The notes under the pieces were generated by a model. It ran no database searches. It was not told the DNA's origin and worked only from the letters and a program-made list of their open reading frames with translations. The position numbers and the translations under genes were made by a program. A stretch of 64,000 nucleotides of DNA from Promethearchaeia archaeon (GTDB lineage: Archaea > Asgardarchaeota > Lokiarchaeia > Sigyniarchaeales > SOKP01): contig JAHQWP010000218.1 in assembly GCA_029856235.1 (NCBI GenBank), positions 70 to 64,069 on the forward strand. The letters run 5' to 3'. Shown one piece after another: positions 58,474 to 64,000 of the stretch. The stretch's first letter is position 1; the number at the start of each line of letters is the position of its first letter.

Positions 58474-59704
58474 AGTGTTTCAATTTAACGGATGTAAAAA
58501 GTGCTTCAATGAATCTTTACTATTAAAAGAAGAGTCCAAATACAAAGTTGAATTTGTTTCCGATCCAAAGAACTGGAAAGGAGAAAAAGTTGATGTTTCA
58601 GTTATTACGGGTTATTTACTCCCTAACGACTTAGAGCATCTGGGACGCATAAAAAACAATTCTACTAAAATTATTGCTTATGGAGGCTGTACTGCCACTG
58701 GTGGAGTATTTGCTTTAGCAAATCAAAAAGGGCACGAGGTCACTCCTTTAACGAATTTAGTTGAAATTAATAGTAACGTTCATGGATGTTTAGGCGAAAT
58801 TGAAGAATTAAAATTAGCTATTGACGGAACAGAAGTTCCGAAATTAAAAAGTTTATGCCAAGTTTGTTCCAGAAAGGCAACTTGTGACTATTTAGAATCA
58901 ATCAATAGACAAATTGAATTAGAAGATTCTGAAACTTGTTTTAACGACTTAGGATTTCTATGTAGTGGTTTTACAGCTACTGAATGTAAAGAAAAATGTA
59001 TTGATTACAATACTCCTTGTAGAGGTTGTAAACCAAGCATAGATCGTTCTGGAATTCGCATGTTAGCAATGTTCGGAACCTTAGCTGGGAACATAGAGAT
59101 TGCAACGGAGCATTCAGTTAAGGGAGCAACTGACAAATTAGGAGACGAGGACGATGACCTAACCGATAGTTTACCTGATGTGGTTGGAAATTTTTTCAGA
59201 TTCACATTACCTACTTCAGGTTTTCCAAAAGGTAGAATCCCTTCTTCGGGATCTTTGCTGGAAGATGTTTTTATTGGTAGACTGATCGAAGAGATTCCTT
59301 TGATAACAGGTCTTTTAGGTGGTGCTAAATCAGTATCATTAACGCTTAAGTTTATAGAATCCTACGAGAAAGCGAACCAAATAGAAGTAAGCGAACAGAC
59401 TAAAAAGTATAGAAACGAACTACTACAATTAGAAAGTGACTTGTCAAAAGCTATTGAGAGCGAAGACGCATCAAAATATAAAGAAATTACGGATAAGATT
59501 CGATTTATTGCTGGTAACATGAACTTATCAAATGTATTTTTTGGGGGGTTCAAGTCAATTATCGATCCTAACGATGATTTTAACAATTATAAATCCCATG
59601 TTTTTGATGTGGTGGAAGGAACCTACAAAAATGGTTCGATAGAATATACCCTTGATCAAACGGGTATTATAACAGAAATTAAAATTAGTGAGGAATTATT
59701 ATGA
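58463..59704 (+). CDS. hydrogenase small-subunit-like (MvhG/FrhG-type) Fe-S protein with ~200-aa C-terminal extension
   Basis: NGCKKCFNE, DVSVITG, AYGGCTATGGVFAL, GFLCSGFTATECKEKCIDYNTPCRGCKP. No large-subunit gene nearby. Confidence 0.6.
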   Translation: MDVKVFQFNGCKKCFNESLLLKEESKYKVEFVSDPKNWKGEKVDVSVITGYLLPNDLEHLGRIKNNSTKIIAYGGCTATGGVFALANQKGHEVTPLTNLVEINSNVHGCLGEIEELKLAIDGTEVPKLKSLCQVCSRKATCDYLESINRQIELEDSETCFNDLGFLCSGFTATECKEKCIDYNTPCRGCKPSIDRSGIRMLAMFGTLAGNIEIATEHSVKGATDKLGDEDDDLTDSLPDVVGNFFRFTLPTSGFPKGRIPSSGSLLEDVFIGRLIEEIPLITGLLGGAKSVSLTLKFIESYEKANQIEVSEQTKKYRNELLQLESDLSKAIESEDASKYKEITDKIRFIAGNMNLSNVFFGGFKSIIDPNDDFNNYKSHVFDVVEGTYKNGSIEYTLDQTGIITEIKISEELL

Positions 59705-62166
59705 GTTTTGAGTTGTTAAAAAAAGAAATAATTGACGTTGGTTTGTGTCAAGGCTGCGGTTTGTGTGTAGGATATTGCAAGCATGTAGAAATGGAGACGT
59801 TACGTCCGATATTAAAAGATTATTGTATTCTAGAAAGGGATGGACAAAAATGCGGAAAATGCTACGAAAACTGTCCTCAAGTAATACAGAAAAAATTCAA
59901 AGAGATACACCCAAAAGGAATTTATTCTCTAAGAAGCAAAGATTCTGAGATATTAGAAAAAGCATCAAGTGGTGGATTTGTAACTACAATTGCAAAGCAT
60001 CTTTTGAAAGAAAAAGATCTGTCCAAAATCGTTATGGTACAAAACATCGATGATTTACCAAAAGCAAGTATAGTAACTAACCCTGATGATGTTGTTCAAA
60101 AAGCTGGGGTTGTGTATGGACGATCGGGAGTTTTGCAAACATTAGTTGAGGAAACAGGAGAAGATTTCGAACCTTTAGGAATTATTGGAGTTCCGTGTGA
60201 AATAAGAGGTGCTGCTGAACTTGAGGTGGAAATGAAAAGAGATATCCTCAAAATGGGATTATTTTGCAATTCAAGCATTCGAACTGAAGATACTGATAGA
60301 GGTTTAATTTATTCACCGTGTTCTAGTGGATGCCCTTCAGGAGTTGATGCTCGAGGGTATATTTCCTTAATTCGAGAAGGACATTATTTAGAAGCTGTGG
60401 AATTAGTACGTGAAAACAATCCTTTACCCTCTGTTTGCGGAAGAATTTGTACGAACGAATGTGAACATGGATGTACGTTAATAGGATCCGATAACCCCAT
60501 CGCTATTCGAGAATTAAAGAAATTTGTTACCGAATATGAAATTAAACATGGTAGAGCTGTAAGAGCTCAAAATATCAAAAAGCTGGGAAAAAAAGTGGCT
60601 ATCATTGGTTCTGGACCAGCAGGTTTAACAGCAGGATATTTTCTATCCCTTAAAGGATATTCTCCTACGATTTTCGAAAAAGCGGATCAAACTGGTGGAA
60701 TGTTAAGATTTGGAGTACCGCAATTCAGACTACCTAATTATATACTCGATTACGATGTAGAGACTATTAAAAATACTGGCGTGGAAATAATTTTTAACAC
60801 ACCGTTAGGTCCAGATATGACTATTGAAGATTTAAAAAAAAATGGATTTGAAGCAATTTTTATAGCAACAGGTCAATATAAACCTCGTACATTGCATCTA
60901 GAAGGCGAGGACTTACCAAACGTGTTTGTTGCTATTAATTTTCTTATCGATAGGAAATATCGTGAATGGACAAACCTAGAGGAATTTAAGGGAAAAACCG
61001 TCGGTATTATAGGAGGAGGTCCTGTAGCCGTTGATGTAGCTCAAACAGCTTTAAGATTGGGCGCTGAAAAAATACACCTTGTAGATATTATGTCTGAAAA
61101 AGATCTTGAACTCACATTGAGGGAGATTCCCGAGGAAGAATATAAATATATGGAATATCATTTTGGAACTTCAACTGCCAAAATAACAAAAGGAAAAGAA
61201 GACGGATTGATATTAAATAGTTACAAAATTGAATGGGGAGAACCTAACGAGACTGGTAGACGCCCGCTAAACAAAGTTAAAAACTCTGATTACGAAATTC
61301 CAATCGATATAATTGTAATAGCTGTTGGACAAACCGTCGATTTCAATTTAATTGATGTAGCTACAAATAACAAACTTAAAAAAGAACGGAACAAGATCGA
61401 TATTGACCCTATAACATTTGAAACTAACATTCCAGGTGTTTTTGCAGGCGGGGATATTGTTTCGAACTCAAAAGCCGTTGCCATCGCTGCAATTGCTCAC
61501 GGAAAAGAAGCTGCCATCTCTATCGATCGATATCTAAAAGGCGAAGATCTTAAAACCGGTCGTAATAAAGAAGATAGAATGTTTTTCGCTGGACAAAAGA
61601 AACCACCAAAAGACTTTTCTTTAAAACCAGAATCTTTAGAAATGGCTACAGAGAACATTCAATGGGACTTTGATGAAATCGAGGGTATTTTTAACGAAGA
61701 AACGGCGTTAAGGGAAGCAAAACGGTGCTTAAGCTGTAATCACTTCTGTTTGCATTGCCAAGATTTTCCTGCAATCTATTCGGATTTTACAGCCGGAGAA
61801 GTTGGCTCTGAAAAAGGATATTCTACAGTTGTGGCATGGACAGATAGAGGAAAAGATATTATTGAAAAAGCTATTAAAAAAGGTTTGTTTGAACAAGGAA
61901 GCGTTAACGAAGAAGAATTACAGAAAGCAATCAATCTAAAGTCAAAAAGAGAGTTAAAAGTCCTAGATAAAACACCTAGACAAGAAGTCTTAAATTATAT
62001 CACAAGAACAGGACACGCCACTATCAGTAAAATTGCTGAAATTTTAGATTTAGAAGCAAAAAAAGTGAGATACGAAGCCTTAAGGTTAGTTCAATTAAAC
62101 CAGCTTGAGATGATAGTTGAGCCTGGTATGGATGAGCCAATTTTTTCACTTTTATGTGAAGATTAA
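59701..62166 (+). CDS. fusion protein: FrhB/FdhB-like module interrupted by a GltD-like NAD(P)H flavoprotein module, plus C-terminal winged helix
   Basis: CQGCGLCVGYC, ASSGGFVTTIAKHLL, GIIGVPCEIRGA, LFCNSS. Then PLPSVCGRICTNECEHGCT and VAIIGSGPAGLTAGYFL...GGMLRFGVPQFRLP. Then CLHCQDF...DFTAGEVGSEKGYSTVVAWTDRGKDII. C-terminal ISKIAEILDLEAKKVRYEALRL. Confidence 0.75.
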   Translation: MSFELLKKEIIDVGLCQGCGLCVGYCKHVEMETLRPILKDYCILERDGQKCGKCYENCPQVIQKKFKEIHPKGIYSLRSKDSEILEKASSGGFVTTIAKHLLKEKDLSKIVMVQNIDDLPKASIVTNPDDVVQKAGVVYGRSGVLQTLVEETGEDFEPLGIIGVPCEIRGAAELEVEMKRDILKMGLFCNSSIRTEDTDRGLIYSPCSSGCPSGVDARGYISLIREGHYLEAVELVRENNPLPSVCGRICTNECEHGCTLIGSDNPIAIRELKKFVTEYEIKHGRAVRAQNIKKLGKKVAIIGSGPAGLTAGYFLSLKGYSPTIFEKADQTGGMLRFGVPQFRLPNYILDYDVETIKNTGVEIIFNTPLGPDMTIEDLKKNGFEAIFIATGQYKPRTLHLEGEDLPNVFVAINFLIDRKYREWTNLEEFKGKTVGIIGGGPVAVDVAQTALRLGAEKIHLVDIMSEKDLELTLREIPEEEYKYMEYHFGTSTAKITKGKEDGLILNSYKIEWGEPNETGRRPLNKVKNSDYEIPIDIIVIAVGQTVDFNLIDVATNNKLKKERNKIDIDPITFETNIPGVFAGGDIVSNSKAVAIAAIAHGKEAAISIDRYLKGEDLKTGRNKEDRMFFAGQKKPPKDFSLKPESLEMATENIQWDFDEIEGIFNEETALREAKRCLSCNHFCLHCQDFPAIYSDFTAGEVGSEKGYSTVVAWTDRGKDIIEKAIKKGLFEQGSVNEEELQKAINLKSKRELKVLDKTPRQEVLNYITRTGHATISKIAEILDLEAKKVRYEALRLVQLNQLEMIVEPGMDEPIFSLLCED

Positions 62167-62206
62167 CGAATTAAAAACAATATTAAAAAATAAAGAGGTA
62201 TGAATT

Positions 62207-62443
62207 ATGAAATTTGACCAAGAATTAAATGTGTGCGGTTTAGTCTGTCCCGTACCTGCGTTAAAAACTAAGAAACAACTCATGAAGATGAGACCGGGTA
62301 CCGTGTTAAAAGTAATCACAGACTATAAGCCAGCATCTGAATCAGTTCCACGTGATTTAGCAAAAACTAAGCACAAGCACTTAGGAACGGATTTTCTCGA
62401 CGATGACGAGCTCTGGCACATATATTTTGAAGCTGTAAAATAA
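62207..62443 (+). CDS. tusA: second TusA/SirA-like sulfur carrier protein
   Basis: CGLVCPVPALKTKKQLMKM (CPxP motif). GAGG 8 nt upstream. Confidence 0.75.
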   Translation: MKFDQELNVCGLVCPVPALKTKKQLMKMRPGTVLKVITDYKPASESVPRDLAKTKHKHLGTDFLDDDELWHIYFEAVK

Positions 62444-62622
62444 CTAATTTACAATTTTAACTATTTTTTTACATTTTTATTTTTACAAAAAAATGAGTAA
62501 TCTAATTTTTCATTTGATTTTTTTATTTTATGTCAAACTTATTCTTTCTTAAGCGATAATTAGGTTTTCTATTTAGCTTAAATTTTCTCTATGCTAAGAA
62601 ATATAAATAAATAGAACTTGAA

Positions 62623-63831
62623 TTAATCTGAATTTAAATCATAATACTCAGAAATATTTTTGCCCTTACCGAGAATCGCATCTACCTTTTCAAGTTCTTC
62701 AGGTATGTTTATTTCTTGAGGACATTTCTCTAAACATTCACCACATTTAGTACAGAAGGATGCATTGCCATTTGGATATTCTTTATTTAACTTTTTCTTC
62801 GATTTAGCTAATTTCTTATATCTTCGATTTATAAGGAAGGTCATCCCTCCTTTCTCTCCCGTGTAAGCTACGTTATTCAGAACAGCAAAATTTTCTGGAA
62901 TATTGACTCCAGAAGGACATGGCATGCAATATTTACACGCTGTGCACTGAACAAGAATGCTTTTGCGATAGATTTCTGCTAGTTCTGAAATTATATTATT
63001 ATCTTCTTCACTCAATGAATTAATCCCAGAATTTGAAGCACTTTCAACATTTTCATTGACCATCTTTTTTGATCCCATTCCACTGAGAACCACAGCTACT
63101 TCGGGTTGATTCCAAACGTATTGCAAAGCCCAATCAACGGGTGTTCGCTGGTTTGATGCTTTTTTCATTATTTTTAAGGCTTCTTCGGGAGGATTCGCTA
63201 ATTTTCCACCCTTGACAGGTTCCATTATCACAACTGCAATTCCTTTTTCATGAGCATACTTCAACCCCTCATGAGTTGCTTGAACTGCTGTATCCATGTA
63301 GTTATATTGGATTTGTGCGAGATCCCAATCGTAAAAATCAATTATTTCTTTAAAAACAGGAAGAGTATCGTGAAAAGAAAATCCAACATGCTTGATAAGT
63401 CCCTTATTTTTAGCTTCTTCCATCTTTTCGATTAAATTTAATTCCTTTACTTTCTTAAATGAGTTTCTCGATAGACCGTGGAAAAAATAAGCATCCAGAT
63501 AATCTGTTTGAAGGCTTTTTAATTGCTGGTTGAGATATTTGTAAAAATCTTCTGATTTTCGGACAAGGAACATTGGTAATTTGGTGACAAGGAAAACTTT
63601 TTCTCTATATCCGTCTTTTAATGCTTCTCCTAAGACTTTTTCGCTTGCTCCAAGACCATAAATCCAACCCGTGTCGATGTAATTGATGTCTTTATCAATT
63701 GCATAACGAATTAACTCTATCGATTCGTCCCAATCTACTCTAGGGAGGATTTTTTTTGTAGGAAGTCGCATGGCACCCAATCCAAGCGCAGATACTTTCC
63801 AGTCTATAGATCCAAATTTTCGATATTCCAT
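62623..63831 (-). CDS. aldo/keto reductase with C-terminal 4Fe-4S ferredoxin-like domain
   Basis: LGLGAMRLP, IDTGWIYG, HGL, plus CTACKYCMPCPSGVNIP and CTKCGECLEKCPQEINIP. Confidence 0.85.
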   Translation of the reverse strand: MEYRKFGSIDWKVSALGLGAMRLPTKKILPRVDWDESIELIRYAIDKDINYIDTGWIYGLGASEKVLGEALKDGYREKVFLVTKLPMFLVRKSEDFYKYLNQQLKSLQTDYLDAYFFHGLSRNSFKKVKELNLIEKMEEAKNKGLIKHVGFSFHDTLPVFKEIIDFYDWDLAQIQYNYMDTAVQATHEGLKYAHEKGIAVVIMEPVKGGKLANPPEEALKIMKKASNQRTPVDWALQYVWNQPEVAVVLSGMGSKKMVNENVESASNSGINSLSEEDNNIISELAEIYRKSILVQCTACKYCMPCPSGVNIPENFAVLNNVAYTGEKGGMTFLINRRYKKLAKSKKKLNKEYPNGNASFCTKCGECLEKCPQEINIPEELEKVDAILGKGKNISEYYDLNSD

Positions 63832-64000
63832 TATAATCCCGTTTTATTTATTTCCTAATTGATTTTTAAAATACTTATTCTCTTTTTAACTTATTTCTTT
63901 AAAAATAACATATTAACCCGCCAAAATTATCCACAATATTACCTGCTTCGGATTCTTTTCTGATAATCTTAGTGTTAATCTCCAGGTTTTTTGCGATTTG

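Noticed and set aside
54070-61484. Minus-strand ORFs within the dsrE/hdr/mvh/frhB cluster (e.g. 54070..54333, 54877..55260, 55564..55794, 56240..56482, 56816..57118, 57195..57600, 59005..59205, 59362..59586, 60096..60278, 61290..61484) and small + strand ORFs 56937..57122, 59745..59948
   Set aside because: They overlap strongly supported, motif-rich genes in other frames or strands and have no motifs of their own.
63899-64000. Minus-strand open frame running in from the window end (…QIAKNLEINTKIIRKESEAGNIVDNFGGLICYF-stop)
   Set aside because: Only 33 codons are visible and no motif is present. That is too short to separate from chance, although it may be the 3' end of a real gene.
1-64000. 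Search for transposases, integrases, IS inverted repeats, rRNA/tRNA genes and prophage structural genes
   Set aside because: No ORF carried DDE, HUH, tyrosine or serine recombinase motifs, and nothing resembled structural RNA. The only mobility-type signals are the VapBC pair and the repeated lrp 3' fragments, which are reported separately.

Overview
AT-rich, gene-dense archaeal-type window: short intergenic spacers, ATGA start/stop overlaps, oligo-T tracts after genes and A/T-rich TATA-like upstream boxes. By inference it most resembles an Asgard (Lokiarchaeia-like) genome. Supporting this are a Rab/Ras-like small GTPase, a UFM1/ubiquitin-fold protein, HdrABC-MvhD genes and giant N-x-S/T-rich surface proteins. 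All calls rest on motif recognition by eye; no homology search was run. No rRNA, tRNA, CRISPR array, transposase or integrase was recognised. Layout: (1) 0-3.2 kb, PP-loop amidotransferase-like gene plus B12-binding radical SAM gene. (2) 3.3-10.5 kb, small membrane and hypothetical genes, EamA transporter, NUDIX hydrolase. (3) 10.5-30.8 kb, a surface-protein island bracketed by two paralogous ~80-aa membrane proteins. It holds a 3542-aa LamG/PKD/thrombospondin-type-3 giant, a 945-aa repeat protein and two tandem 802-aa beta-helix paralogues. (4) 30.9-39.9 kb, ADP-ribosylglycohydrolase, acyltransferase, a polytopic membrane TIR protein, crotonase, the UFM1-like protein and a dual-wHTH/TPR protein. 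(5) 40.0-44.3 kb, tandemly duplicated TPR + longin/roadblock-like proteins followed by the small GTPase. (6) 44.4-52.3 kb, MDR dehydrogenase, a third beta-helix gene coupled to wHTH genes, VapBC and an orphan 2-oxoacid dehydrogenase E1 alpha/beta pair. These lie between repeated fragments of the 3' end of an Lrp/AsnC gene. (7) 52.6-62.4 kb, a compact cluster tusA-dsrEFH-dsrE-like-hdrCBA-mvhD-mvhG-like-frhB::gltD-tusA with no NiFe hydrogenase large subunit. (8) an aldo/keto reductase with an Fe-S domain. The best candidates for undescribed systems are the GTPase/TPR-longin module, the sulfur-relay/Hdr hybrid cluster, the membrane TIR protein and the surface island.
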